A stretch of DNA of 64,000 nucleotides from assembly GCA_035250225.1 (NCBI GenBank), contig DATFFI010000219.1:256-64255 (forward strand), read 5' to 3'. Shown here piece by piece: positions 45,434 through 54,826 of the stretch (positions are counted from its first letter, which is position 1; each line of letters begins with the position of its first letter). The notes beneath the pieces are model-generated. The model was not told the DNA's origin and did not search any database. It saw nothing but the letters and a program-made list of their open reading frames with translations. Source of the DNA: Rhizomicrobium sp. GTDB taxonomy: Bacteria > Pseudomonadota > Alphaproteobacteria > Micropepsales > Micropepsaceae. Position numbers and translations under genes: made by a program.

Positions 45434-46876
45434 AAGACCGAGCATTCCCAGCAGGCCAAGCCGGATTGGTTTCGCCCGACGCTCCTGCTCCGCCGCGATC
45501 AGCAAGGCCGTGTCGGGATGCAGCCTTACGCCGCCTTCCGCCACCATGCGCGAAAGGTCTTCGGCATTCTTCACCAGTTGCGGCAGGTCTTCCGCCAGCT
45601 TGCCCAGGGCCGAGAAGCCTTCGGCGGCGCGCGCCAGGCGCGCTTCCGCTCCCAGATTGTCCGTCACCCAGCGTTCCGCCACCGGCCGCGCCGCCTCCCA
45701 GATGTCGAAATCGGGATCGAGGCCCCGGGCGACGCCTTCCACCACCACCATGGTCTTCTGCATCAGCACCAGTTCCGGCTGGGTCTGCATCTCGAAGCGG
45801 CGGGTGGTTTCGAACAACTGCCCCAAAAGCTGGGCGATGGAGATTTCGCGGGCGCTGCGGCCGAAGATCGGTTCGCCGATGGCGCGCAACGCCTGGGCAA
45901 AGGTCTCCAGCGGATGCTGCGGCGATACAAAAGCCAGATCGTAATGCAGCTGCGCCACTTTGCGGTAATCGCGCGCCAGGAACCCGGCCAGCGTGCCGGC
46001 CATGAAACGGCGCAAGGGCGGCTCCAGCCGGCCCATGATGCCGAAATCCACCGCCACCAGCCGGCCTTCGGTATCGACAAAGAGATTGCCGGGATGCATG
46101 TCGGCATGGAAAAAGCCGTCGCGCAGGGCCTGGGTCAGGAAACTGCGCACCACGACCAGGGCGATCTTTTTCGGATCATGGCCCGCCGCGCGCAGCGCCT
46201 CGGGATCGCGGATCGGCGTGCCCGCGATCCATTCGCTGGTCAGCACCCTGGCCGAGGTACGCTGCCAGTCGATATGGGGAACGCGGAAATCGGTATCGCC
46301 GCGGGTGCGTTCATAAAGCTCGGAGGCGCCGGCCGCTTCCATCCGCAGATCCAGCTCCAGCGCCACCGAGGCCGCCAGGGTTTCCTTGACGGCGATGAAC
46401 CGCAGCCGCCGGGCTTCGGCGGACACCGCCTCCGCCATGCGCGCGAAACGCTCCAGCGCCCGAAGATCGCGGGCGAATTTCTCCACGATGCCGGGCCTGA
46501 GCACCTTCACCGCCACTTCGGCGCCTTCCGTGGTACGGCCGCGATGGACCTGGGCGATGGACGCCGCCGCCACCGCGCCGCCCAGTCCGGAGAACAGTGT
46601 TTCCACCGGCGCGCCCAGGCCGGCAGCGATCACGGCGCGCGCGCGGGCTTCGGGAAAGGGCGGCAGCCGGTCCTGCAGATGCTGGAGGGCGTCGGCTACC
46701 GCAACGCCGACGATATCAGGGCGCGTCGCCAACATCTGGCCCAGCTTGATATAGGCCGGTCCCAGCCTGGTCAGCGCCCGCGCCAGCTTGGCACCGGCAT
46801 CCGGCTTGCCAGCGCGGAATGCCAATGCCGGAGAGAACAGTAACAGCGCCGCATGGATCAGGCGAAACAGGCTCAT
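45392..46876 (-). CDS. ubiB: ubiquinone biosynthesis regulatory kinase-like protein UbiB
   Basis: Start at MSLFRLIHAALL (46876, 17 nt after the ubiE stop). LGPAYIKLGQMLATRPDIVG, AAASIAQVH, HADMHPGNLFV, and C-terminal TM helices. Confidence 0.9.
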   Translation of the reverse strand: MSLFRLIHAALLLFSPALAFRAGKPDAGAKLARALTRLGPAYIKLGQMLATRPDIVGVAVADALQHLQDRLPPFPEARARAVIAAGLGAPVETLFSGLGGAVAAASIAQVHRGRTTEGAEVAVKVLRPGIVEKFARDLRALERFARMAEAVSAEARRLRFIAVKETLAASVALELDLRMEAAGASELYERTRGDTDFRVPHIDWQRTSARVLTSEWIAGTPIRDPEALRAAGHDPKKIALVVVRSFLTQALRDGFFHADMHPGNLFVDTEGRLVAVDFGIMGRLEPPLRRFMAGTLAGFLARDYRKVAQLHYDLAFVSPQHPLETFAQALRAIGEPIFGRSAREISIAQLLGQLFETTRRFEMQTQPELVLMQKTMVVVEGVARGLDPDFDIWEAARPVAERWVTDNLGAEARLARAAEGFSALGKLAEDLPQLVKNAEDLSRMVAEGGVRLHPDTALLIAAEQERRAKPIRLGLLGMLGLLFFLLLYLGRSYL

Positions 46877-46892
46877 CAAAGACGCCCAACCT

Positions 46893-47648
46893 TCAAATTC
46901 GAAAAGCCGAATGCATGGCGGCGATGCCGCCCGAGAGGACACGCACCTTCACCTGGCCCAGGCCGGCGGCCTGGATCATCTGGGCGAATTTCTCGCGCGA
47001 TGGGAAGCGGCGGATGCTCTCGGCAAGATAACGATAGGACTCCGCATCGCCCGCCACCCAGGATCCCAGCTGCGGCAACAGCTTGAAGGAATAGGCATCG
47101 TAGATCGTATCGAGGCCGGGCACATCGACTTGGGAAAATTCCAGGCAGAGAAAACGGCCGCCGGGCTTCAGCACACGCCGCGCTTCGGCCAGCGCCTTTT
47201 CGATATGGGTGACGTTGCGGATGCCGAACGCGATCGTATAGCTGTCGAAGGAGGCATCGGGGACCGGCAGGGCTTCGGCGTCACCGACCGTCCAGGTGAT
47301 GGCGCCCTCGCCCTTCGCTTCGGCGCGACGCTTGCCCTCCCCCACCATCTTCTCATTGATGTCGCAGACCGTGACGGCTGCTTCGCCACCCCGGCTCCTG
47401 GCCATCTCGACGATGCGAAAAGCGATATCGCCGGTGCCGCCGGCCACATCGATGCTTTTCCAGCCCGGCCGGGGATTGAGCCACTCCACCATCGCGTCCT
47501 TCCAGATGCGATGAATGCCGGCGCTCATCATGTCGTTCATCAGATCATAGCGGGCAGCAACCGACGAAAAGACCTCGCGCACAAGGCCTTCCTTTTCGGC
47601 CTCCGGCACGTCGCGGAAGCCGAAGCTCGCGGTATTGCTATCGGACAT
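46893..47648 (-). CDS. ubiE: ubiquinone/menaquinone biosynthesis C-methyltransferase UbiE
   Basis: 251 aa: FGFRDV...[18 protein letters not shown], and SAM motif [12 protein letters not shown]. Confidence 0.93.
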   Translation of the reverse strand: MSDSNTASFGFRDVPEAEKEGLVREVFSSVAARYDLMNDMMSAGIHRIWKDAMVEWLNPRPGWKSIDVAGGTGDIAFRIVEMARSRGGEAAVTVCDINEKMVGEGKRRAEAKGEGAITWTVGDAEALPVPDASFDSYTIAFGIRNVTHIEKALAEARRVLKPGGRFLCLEFSQVDVPGLDTIYDAYSFKLLPQLGSWVAGDAESYRYLAESIRRFPSREKFAQMIQAAGLGQVKVRVLSGGIAAMHSAFRI

Positions 47649-47749
47649 GGGGACGCATGATACACTATTATGGCGCGCGACAAGTGGGTCCCGGCTCGAA
47701 CTCCCCGCATCAGATGCGGGTCGCTGGCCGGGATGACAGGTTATCAGGA

Positions 47750-48616
47750 ATGCCCGAATTGCCCGAAGTCGAAACTGTCCGCCTGGGGATCGCCCCCGCG
47801 CTGGAAGGCCGCACCATCACCCATGCCGAAACGCGGCGGGGCGATCTGCGCCGTCCCTTCCCGCGCGATTTCGCCGCCCGGCTGCGGGGCCGCAAGGTCA
47901 CCGGGCTCCGGCGTCGGGCCAAATATATCCTGGCCGATCTCGACAGCGGCGAGACGCTGGTGATCCATCTGGGCATGTCGGGCCGCATGACGGTGCAGGC
48001 GCAAGGCCGCGCGGCGAAGAAGATCGGCACCTATGTCCATGACATCGATGAGGGCTTGTCCAAGCATGACCATGTCGTGCTGGAGACCGACGCCCCGGCC
48101 CGCATCCTCTTCAATGACCATCGCCGCTTCGGCCTGATGGACCTGATCGAGACCAGAACGCTGGAGACCGACCGGCTGTTCAAGGATATCGGCATCGAGC
48201 CGCTGTCGCCGGGCTTCCATGTCAAACACCTGACCGCCGCGCTGGACGGCAAGAAGACGCCGATAAAATCCGCCCTGCTGGACCAGCGGGTGGTGGCGGG
48301 GCTGGGCAATATCTACGTCGCCGAGGCCCTGTTCCGCAGCCGCATCTCGCCCAAACGGCTGGCCGGCAGCCTGAAAGCGGACGAGATCAAGAAGCTGGTG
48401 CCCGCGATCAAGAAGGTGCTGCAGGACGCCATCAAGGCCGGCGGCTCTTCCTTGCGCGATCATGCCCGTCCCGATGGCGAGCTGGGCGCCTTTCAGCATC
48501 ATTTCCTGGTCTATGACCGCGAAGGCCAACCGTGCAAACTCGGTTGCAGGGATAAGGTGAAGCGCATCGTTCAGGCTGGGCGCAGCACTTTCTATTGTCC
48601 AAAATGCCAGAAGTGA
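47750..48616 (+). CDS. mutM: formamidopyrimidine-DNA glycosylase
   Basis: Start at [10 protein letters not shown] (catalytic Pro2/Glu3). H2TH region [14 protein letters not shown] and a C-terminal zinc finger ending YCPKCQ. Confidence 0.93.
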   Translation: MPELPEVETVRLGIAPALEGRTITHAETRRGDLRRPFPRDFAARLRGRKVTGLRRRAKYILADLDSGETLVIHLGMSGRMTVQAQGRAAKKIGTYVHDIDEGLSKHDHVVLETDAPARILFNDHRRFGLMDLIETRTLETDRLFKDIGIEPLSPGFHVKHLTAALDGKKTPIKSALLDQRVVAGLGNIYVAEALFRSRISPKRLAGSLKADEIKKLVPAIKKVLQDAIKAGGSSLRDHARPDGELGAFQHHFLVYDREGQPCKLGCRDKVKRIVQAGRSTFYCPKCQK

Positions 48617-48623
48617 GAGTCAG

Positions 48624-49394
48624 ATGAGTGTTGTTCTTACGGAAATTCGCGGTCCAGTCGGTATCGCCACTCTCAACCGGCCTGAAGCACTGAATGCGCT
48701 CAACACGCCGCTGCTGGATGCGCTGGCGGCGGCGTTGGAAGCCTGGGACGCCGATCCGGCCGTACGGGTGATGATCGTCACCGGCTCGGCCAAGGCCTTT
48801 GCCGCCGGCGCCGACATCAGGGAAATGGCGCCCAAAAGCTTTGCGCAGATGCATCGCGAAAACATCTTCGGCCGCCAGCTTGACCGCATCACCCGCATCA
48901 AGAAGCCGGTCATCGCTGCCGTCTCCGGTTTTGCCTTGGGCGGCGGCTGCGAACTGGCGCTGGCGCTGGATATCGTGCTGGCGGCGGACAGCGCCAAATT
49001 CGGCCAGCCCGAGATCACGCTGGGCATCATTCCCGGCCTGGGCGGCAGCCAGCGGCTGGTGCGGGCGGTGGGCAAGGCCAAGGCGATGGAATTGTGCCTC
49101 ACCGGCCGGATGATGGATGCGGCTGAGGCGCTGGCTTCGGGCGTGGCAGCACGGGTAGTGCCCGCCGACACGCTGATGGAAGAAGCCCTGAAACTGGCGG
49201 ACAAGATCGCAGCGCAATCCACCCCTGTGGCCGCCATGGTCAAGGACGCCATCAACCGGGCCTTTGAAAGTCCGCTGGCGGAGGGCTTGGCCTATGAGCG
49301 CCGCGCCTTCCACGCTTTGTTCGCCACCCATGACCAGAAGGAAGGCATGGCCGCCTTCGGCGAAAAGCGGAAACCCCAGTTCAAGGATGAATAG
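48624..49394 (+). CDS. enoyl-CoA hydratase (crotonase family)
   Basis: 256 aa: [43 protein letters not shown]. Confidence 0.9.
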   Translation: MSVVLTEIRGPVGIATLNRPEALNALNTPLLDALAAALEAWDADPAVRVMIVTGSAKAFAAGADIREMAPKSFAQMHRENIFGRQLDRITRIKKPVIAAVSGFALGGGCELALALDIVLAADSAKFGQPEITLGIIPGLGGSQRLVRAVGKAKAMELCLTGRMMDAAEALASGVAARVVPADTLMEEALKLADKIAAQSTPVAAMVKDAINRAFESPLAEGLAYERRAFHALFATHDQKEGMAAFGEKRKPQFKDE

Positions 49395-49423
49395 GCCGGG
49401 AAAAGGCGATTTCCGGGCGTTTG

Positions 49424-49452
49424 TTGACCCCGGCTTCGCCCTGCGCTATAGG
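49424..49452 (+). promoter_or_regulatory. sigma70-like promoter for rpsT
   Basis: TTGACC (49424-49429), a 17-nt spacer, then TATAGG (49447-49452), about 40 nt upstream of the rpsT ATG. Confidence 0.4.
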
Positions 49453-49489
49453 CCCCGGCTCTTTTTGCCAAGGTCAAGGAAACCTTCTG

Positions 49490-49756
49490 ATGCCGAATAT
49501 CGCCTCCTCCCGCAAGCGGGTCCGCACCACCGCCAAGCGCACCGCCATCAATACGGCGCGCAAGACCCGGGTGCGTGGCTTCATCCGCAAGGTTGAGGAA
49601 GCCATCAAGTCCGGCAACAAGGCTGCCGCCCTGGCCGCCCTGAAGGCCGCCGAGCCGGAAATCATGCGCGGTGTCACAAAAGGCGTGCTGCACAAGAACA
49701 CCGGCGCCCGCAAGGTGTCCCGCCTGACCAAGCGCGTCGCGAAACTGTCGAAATAG
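49490..49756 (+). CDS. rpsT: 30S ribosomal protein S20
   Basis: Start at [39 protein letters not shown]; 88 aa. Confidence 0.93.
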   Translation: MPNIASSRKRVRTTAKRTAINTARKTRVRGFIRKVEEAIKSGNKAAALAALKAAEPEIMRGVTKGVLHKNTGARKVSRLTKRVAKLSK

Positions 49757-49794
49757 GAAGCCGCTGGAATCTTTGGCGTTTCACAGAATAGATC

Positions 49795-49827
49795 AGGCCC
49801 GGAGCTGAAATCCGGGCCTTTTTTATT
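49795..49827 (+). terminator. rho-independent terminator of rpsT
   Basis: AGGCCCGGA-GCTGAAA-TCCGGGCCT followed by TTTTTATT. Confidence 0.8.
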
Positions 49828-50234
49828 GTCAGTGTGCTGACAAACACCATTTTGCCGTATTTCGGCAGCGCAACACGGCCTCAGTCCGGTGCAAGCCCTT
49901 GATTCCCAAAAGCTGTCCCGAAATGTTTCATTTTCCGTATACGGCACAGTTATTTAGCGCCATTCGTAAAAGTGAAAAATTTTCGCGAATCGACCCCCGT
50001 TCGGGGTTTGTCCCTCTTGTTTGAAGCCACCGCTTGATTCTATCTTAACCAGGCGTTGGGGCGGATGCGGGCCATGGACCAGACAAGCGAAAGTAAAGTT
50101 ATAATATTCGCTCGTCATTTGGGAGTTCCAGACCGAACTCCCAAGTATAGAAACGCGTGAATTCCTGACATTGTGACACTTTTAATGCTGGGGACTTTCC
50201 CGGCATTCCACGAGTTTTCTCTGATCGGTCGGCC

Positions 50235-50681
50235 ATGGCACCTCCCTCTTCACATGACTATGCGGGCGATATCGACGCCCAGCAGGCCTGGGCGCTGCTC
50301 AAGGCCGAGTCCAAGGCGCAACTGGTCGATGTCCGCACCATCGCCGAATGGAATTTCGTCGGCCTGCCGGATCTCTCCCCCCTTGGCCGCCGGGTCCATT
50401 GCGTCGAATGGCAGGGTTTTCCCGCCATGGCGGTCAATCCGGCCTTCGCGACCGAGGCGGAGGCCGCCGTGACGGCGGCGGGCGCCGGCAAGGACACGCC
50501 CATCCTCTTCCTCTGCCGTTCCGGGGCGCGCAGCCGCGCCGCGGCGGTGGCGCTGACCCAGGCGGGGTTCAGCAAGGCTTTCAACGTGGCGGGCGGTTTC
50601 GAGGGCGATCCCGATGGCGAACGCCATCGGGGCAACATCAATGGCTGGAAGGCGGCAGGTCTGCCCTGGCAGCAAGGTTAG
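50235..50681 (+). CDS. rhodanese-like domain protein
   Basis: 148 aa: LVDVRTIAEWNFVG, plus the active-site loop LCRSGARS. Confidence 0.8.
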   Translation: MAPPSSHDYAGDIDAQQAWALLKAESKAQLVDVRTIAEWNFVGLPDLSPLGRRVHCVEWQGFPAMAVNPAFATEAEAAVTAAGAGKDTPILFLCRSGARSRAAAVALTQAGFSKAFNVAGGFEGDPDGERHRGNINGWKAAGLPWQQG

Positions 50682-50759
50682 TGGGTTTTGGTTTTCAGGG
50701 CCGGACACGAAGACGTGCCGGAACAACAAGAGCGGGTGTGGTGACATGGGTGCTTTGCA

Positions 50760-52187
50760 ATGACACAGGCGACGGGAAAATCGGCGCGCGCGGACTGGCG
50801 TGCGGCTTGGGTGGCGGTGCGTGAAAGGCTGCGGCGGGAGCTGGGCGATCCGGTGTTCGAGGCCTGGATCGGACCGCTGACGCTGGAAAGCTTCGAGAAG
50901 GACGAACTGGCCATCGGCGCCGCCAAGCCTTTCGTGCGCAACTGGGTGGCCAATCACTATGTGCCGCGCCTTGAGCGCGCCTTCCGCGCCGAAGGTTTTG
51001 CGCCGGCCTCGATCGCCATCGTGATGGCGGCGCCGTCGGTCGGCGCCAACGCCCTGCCCGTGCGCGAAACCGCCGAGCCGGCCGCCACCGTGTCCTACCT
51101 GCCGCCGCGCCCGTCTTCGGAAAATGATGACAGCGCCAGGGGCCTGTGGAACCGGATGCTACATCCGCAGCAGACCTTTGACAGTTTCATTCCCGGCGGA
51201 GCCAACGCCTTCGGTCACGGCGCCGCCCGCGATTTCGCGGAAGGCGGCCAGGCCGACCTGCCGCTGCTCTACATCCATGGCGGCTTCGGCTACGGCAAGA
51301 CCCATCTGCTCAATGCCGCGGCGCTCGAATTCCGCAAGCGCGGCAAGCGCACCTTGTTCCTGCGGGCCGAGGATTTCATGCGTCACTTCCTGGGGGCGCT
51401 CTATCGCAAGGACACGCTGGCCTTCAAGGAAGAGCTGCGCACCGCCGAAGTGCTGATCATCGACGATTTGCAGCATATCTGCCGCAGCGCCGCCACAGCG
51501 TCCGAGTTCCTCTACACGGTCAACGCCTTCGCCGACCTGCGCCGCCGGGTGGTGATCGCCGCCGACCGCGCCCCCGCCGGCCTGGAAGGGCTGGGCGCCG
51601 ATGTGAAGTCGCGCCTGTCGGGCGGGCTGGTGATCGCGCTGGACAAACCGGATCGCGACACCCGCCTGGCCATCCTCAAACGCCGCGCGACCGATTTCTG
51701 CCGCCACAAGCCCGAGGTGGTCCTGCCGGAACAGGTGCTGGAGCGCATCGCCGACATGGACGATGCCAGCCCGCGCGAACTGATCGGCGTCTTCACCAAG
51801 ATCGCGACCTATGCCGACCTCACCAAGAAGCCGGTGACGCTGGAAGTGGCCGATGAAGCGGTGGGCCTGCGGTCCTCGCCGGGGGTCAAAACCTCGATCG
51901 AGGACATCCAGCGCAAGACCGCCGAGTTCTACAAGCTCGACGTCAAGGATTTCCATTCGCCGCAGCGCGCCCGCCGGGTGGCGCGGCCGCGCCAGGTGGC
52001 GATGTACCTGGCCCGCAAGCTGACGACCCGCTCCCTGCCCGAGATCGGGCGGCGTTTCGGCGGCCGCGACCACACCACGGTGCTGCACGCCTGCCGCCGC
52101 ATCGAGGCGCTGATCGGGGAAGACGCCCTGTTCCGCCAGGAGGTCGACTTCCTCTCCCAGATGCTCCAGCGCAAGGCTGATCTCTGA
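50760..52187 (+). CDS. dnaA: chromosomal replication initiator protein DnaA
   Basis: 475 aa. Walker [11 protein letters not shown], Walker B LIIDDLQ, and C-terminal DNA-binding domain [15 protein letters not shown]...[14 protein letters not shown]. Confidence 0.96.
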   Translation: MTQATGKSARADWRAAWVAVRERLRRELGDPVFEAWIGPLTLESFEKDELAIGAAKPFVRNWVANHYVPRLERAFRAEGFAPASIAIVMAAPSVGANALPVRETAEPAATVSYLPPRPSSENDDSARGLWNRMLHPQQTFDSFIPGGANAFGHGAARDFAEGGQADLPLLYIHGGFGYGKTHLLNAAALEFRKRGKRTLFLRAEDFMRHFLGALYRKDTLAFKEELRTAEVLIIDDLQHICRSAATASEFLYTVNAFADLRRRVVIAADRAPAGLEGLGADVKSRLSGGLVIALDKPDRDTRLAILKRRATDFCRHKPEVVLPEQVLERIADMDDASPRELIGVFTKIATYADLTKKPVTLEVADEAVGLRSSPGVKTSIEDIQRKTAEFYKLDVKDFHSPQRARRVARPRQVAMYLARKLTTRSLPEIGRRFGGRDHTTVLHACRRIEALIGEDALFRQEVDFLSQMLQRKADL

Positions 52188-52249
52188 CCGCTCTGATAGA
52201 AGCCCATGAGCTGAGCAAGCGGTTCGGCGCCGTCACCGCGCTGGACCGC

Positions 52250-53068
52250 TTGTCGCTTTCGATCCCGGCCGGCGGCGTCTATGGCATCCTGGGCGCCAAT
52301 GGCGCCGGCAAAAGCACCTTCTTCCGCATCTGCCTGGACCTGATCCGGCCCAGCGGGGGCGGTGTGCGCATCCTGGGCGGCGATCCCGGCGATACCGGCA
52401 CACGGCGGCGGATCGGCGCCATGATCGAAACGCCGCGTTACCATCCCTTCCTCACCGCCACCCAGACCCTGACCATGCTGGCGCGGGCCAGCGGCGTGAC
52501 GGAGCCCGATATCGGAAGCTGGCTGGCGCGGGTGGGTTTGACGGGCGCCGCCGACCGCAAGGTGCATCACTTCTCGGTCGGCATGAAGCAGCGGCTGGGC
52601 ATTGCCGCCGCCCTGATTTCCTCGCCCGAATTGTTGATCCTGGACGAGCCCACTTCCGGCATGGACCCGATCGGTATCCAGGAAATGCGCGCCCTGATGC
52701 GCGACCTGGCCGACAAGCATGGCGTCACCATCCTGCTCTCCAGCCATCTGCTCGATGAGGTGCAGCGGGTCTGCGACCGCGTCGCCATCTTTGCTCGTGG
52801 GCGTCTGGTGTCGGAGGGGCGGATCGACATGCTGCTGGCGGGACAGGAAAAGCTGCGCCTGACCGTCAACCGGCCGGATGCCCTGCTGCAGTTGCTGGGC
52901 GCGAAAGCGGCGCGGGACGGCGATGGCGTGCTGGTGGCGATCACTCGCGCCGAAGCGCCGGACCTGCTGCGCCGGCTGATCCAGGACGGCATCGATCTGA
53001 CCGAAGCGCGCTGGGTCGGCGGCCAGCTTGAGACCTTCTATCTCGAACAGGTGGGCCATGCTGGCTGA
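52250..53068 (+). CDS. ABC transporter ATP-binding protein (ABC-2 exporter type)
   Basis: Walker [10 protein letters not shown], signature SVGMKQRL, Walker [14 protein letters not shown]-loop SSHLL. ABC-like sequence ([19 protein letters not shown]) continues in frame upstream to 52181 with no ATG/GTG/TTG, so the true start is unresolved. TTG at 52250 is the first canonical start. Confidence 0.85.
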   Translation: MSLSIPAGGVYGILGANGAGKSTFFRICLDLIRPSGGGVRILGGDPGDTGTRRRIGAMIETPRYHPFLTATQTLTMLARASGVTEPDIGSWLARVGLTGAADRKVHHFSVGMKQRLGIAAALISSPELLILDEPTSGMDPIGIQEMRALMRDLADKHGVTILLSSHLLDEVQRVCDRVAIFARGRLVSEGRIDMLLAGQEKLRLTVNRPDALLQLLGAKAARDGDGVLVAITRAEAPDLLRRLIQDGIDLTEARWVGGQLETFYLEQVGHAG

Positions 53069-53879
53069 CGCTGTCGCCGCCGAGGCCTACAAATTCCTGC
53101 GCCAACGGGGCGGCCTGTTCTGGGGTTTCTGCGCCGTGCCGCTCGGCATGCTGATTTTCCATCTGGGCGTCGATACATGGATGAATTCGCGCATCTCCGT
53201 GCCGCTGCACATGGATATTGGACGCCAGATACTGAACGGACTGAACGGGGGCGGCTCTGCATTCTTCCACATTTTCTTCATCGCAGGCGCCACCGCCATC
53301 TTCTCGGGCGAGTATCGCTGGGAAACCTGGCGCCTGCTGACACCGCGCAATAGCCGTATCAACTTGCTCGCGGCCAAATTCATGGTTTATGCGATTGCCG
53401 CCGCCATAAGCCTGCTGATGCTGGGAGTGGCTTATGGCGTGCACGGTCTCTATGCCGGGACGCTAAGCGGCCGCATAACCCTGCCGGGGGCGGATTTCCC
53501 GTTGCTGGCCGCCGGCACCTTCCTGGTAAACTGGGCCGAACTGCTGCTGCTTGGCGCTTTCACCGCTCTGGTCGCTGTCACAACCCGCGCCAATATCGGA
53601 CCGCTGATCGCCGGCATCTGCTTTTCCTTCGCACAGTCCCTGGCGTCGTCGCCAATGGTGGCTCCGCTATGGGACAATCGCTTGCGCTGGCTGGCGCTTT
53701 TTCCCGGCCGCACAACCCAATATCTGCGCAGCCTGCTGGGCGGCGAACCGATCGCGCCAAACCTCTATTCCGATCCGGCGTTACTGCTGCCGGCCATCCT
53801 GTTCCTGACAGGCTGGATACTGCTGCTGGGCGGCGCGACGCTTATCCGTTTCCAGCGCCAGGATCTTCCTCGCGAATAG
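53058..53879 (+). CDS. ABC-2 type transporter permease
   Basis: Start at [13 protein letters not shown] (53058), overlapping the ATPase gene by 11 nt. About 6 hydrophobic segments and a [11 protein letters not shown] motif after TM2. Confidence 0.75.
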   Translation: MLADAVAAEAYKFLRQRGGLFWGFCAVPLGMLIFHLGVDTWMNSRISVPLHMDIGRQILNGLNGGGSAFFHIFFIAGATAIFSGEYRWETWRLLTPRNSRINLLAAKFMVYAIAAAISLLMLGVAYGVHGLYAGTLSGRITLPGADFPLLAAGTFLVNWAELLLLGAFTALVAVTTRANIGPLIAGICFSFAQSLASSPMVAPLWDNRLRWLALFPGRTTQYLRSLLGGEPIAPNLYSDPALLLPAILFLTGWILLLGGATLIRFQRQDLPRE

Positions 53880-53893
53880 GGGCGTGGGAATAG

Positions 53894-54085
53894 TTATTCC
53901 CCCTCGAAGACGTCCTCGACCTTCACGCCGAACACCCTGGCGATGCGCATGCCCAGCGGCAGCGAGGGATCGGCCTTGCCGGTCTCGATCGCGTTGACGC
54001 TCTGGCGCGCGACATTGATCTTTTCCGCCAGCTCGGCCTGGCTCCAGTTGCGCTCGGCGCGCAGCACCTTGATGCGGTTCTTCAT
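53894..54085 (-). CDS. XRE-family helix-turn-helix transcriptional regulator (63 aa)
   Basis: MKNRIKVLRAERNWSQAELAEKINVARQSVNAIETGKADPSLPL is a Cro/C1-type HTH. Confidence 0.88.
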   Translation of the reverse strand: MKNRIKVLRAERNWSQAELAEKINVARQSVNAIETGKADPSLPLGMRIARVFGVKVEDVFEGE

Positions 54086-54513
54086 TGCTTCATCCAGCGC
54101 AGGCGGCGATAGAGGAAGGCAAGCGCTACGCCTGCCGCCAGGGCCAACAGTGTCGTGAGAACGCCGGAGAAGAAAAAGCCCTTTGGCGTTTCGCTCTGTC
54201 CCAGGAGATTGACGAGGCTATTCAGCCCGTCGGCGAACAGGACATACGGAAGCACTACGGCGCACAGCAATGAGGTGCCGATGACACCGCCCCAATGCTG
54301 GTCGCTGCGCAGATTCTGTTTCTGGACATCGTCCATCGCGACATAGCTGAGGCCAGCAAGGATGATGCCCAGCCCGACCAGCGCGCCAAAGCCGATGGCG
54401 GGTATCGACCAGGGACCATCGCCGCGCACCGCATGCGGGAAAATGTGCGCCGCCACAATCGCGGCCATTCCAAGCCCGATCAGGACCCAGTAATTCCGGG
54501 GTGAATACCGCAT
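54082..54513 (-). CDS. small integral membrane protein co-transcribed with the XRE regulator
   Basis: Start at MRYSPRNYWVLIGLGMAAIV with GAGGG 4-5 nt upstream. Four hydrophobic segments. 4-nt overlap with the XRE gene. Confidence 0.6.
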   Translation of the reverse strand: MRYSPRNYWVLIGLGMAAIVAAHIFPHAVRGDGPWSIPAIGFGALVGLGIILAGLSYVAMDDVQKQNLRSDQHWGGVIGTSLLCAVVLPYVLFADGLNSLVNLLGQSETPKGFFFSGVLTTLLALAAGVALAFLYRRLRWMKQ

Positions 54514-54533
54514 GTCGCCCTCACCTATCTTAT

Positions 54534-54551
54534 TGTCATGTACACATGACA
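54534..54551. promoter_or_regulatory. perfect palindromic operator candidate TGTCATGT-AC-ACATGACA
   Basis: Lies 21-38 nt upstream of the membrane-protein/XRE operon start. ACATGACATAT occurs at 54544-54554 and again at 54579-54589, and ATGTC-AAGTG-GACAT lies nearby. Confidence 0.5.
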
Positions 54552-54826
54552 TATCACCTCGGCCGCGATGTCAAGTGGACATGACATATGTCGGGCGGTT
54601 TCGGGGGGCCGCAGAGCGGGGCCGGAGGCCGGAAAAAACTGCGGAAAACCGGGCTTTTTCGGCCTGTTTTTCAGCCCTCTTTTGCTGGCCTGAATAGGCC
54701 GTTTCTGCTAACATTCGCACCTTGAGTCTTGGGGCCCGCAGCGGCTCTCCCAAAACCAAGAAAATTGGGTGTTCCGGCGCCTTGAAGGCGCGCGGAAACG
54801 GGGTTCTGTCAGCAGGCGGACTGGAA

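Noticed and set aside
54534-54551. Shared TGTCATG / CATGACA between the XRE operator palindrome and the termini of the two MITE-like elements, hinting that the XRE protein binds those elements.
   Set aside because: The heptamer also occurs by chance at several start-codon contexts, for example near 2256, 14010, 24324 and 41836. With a motif this short the link cannot be separated from coincidence.
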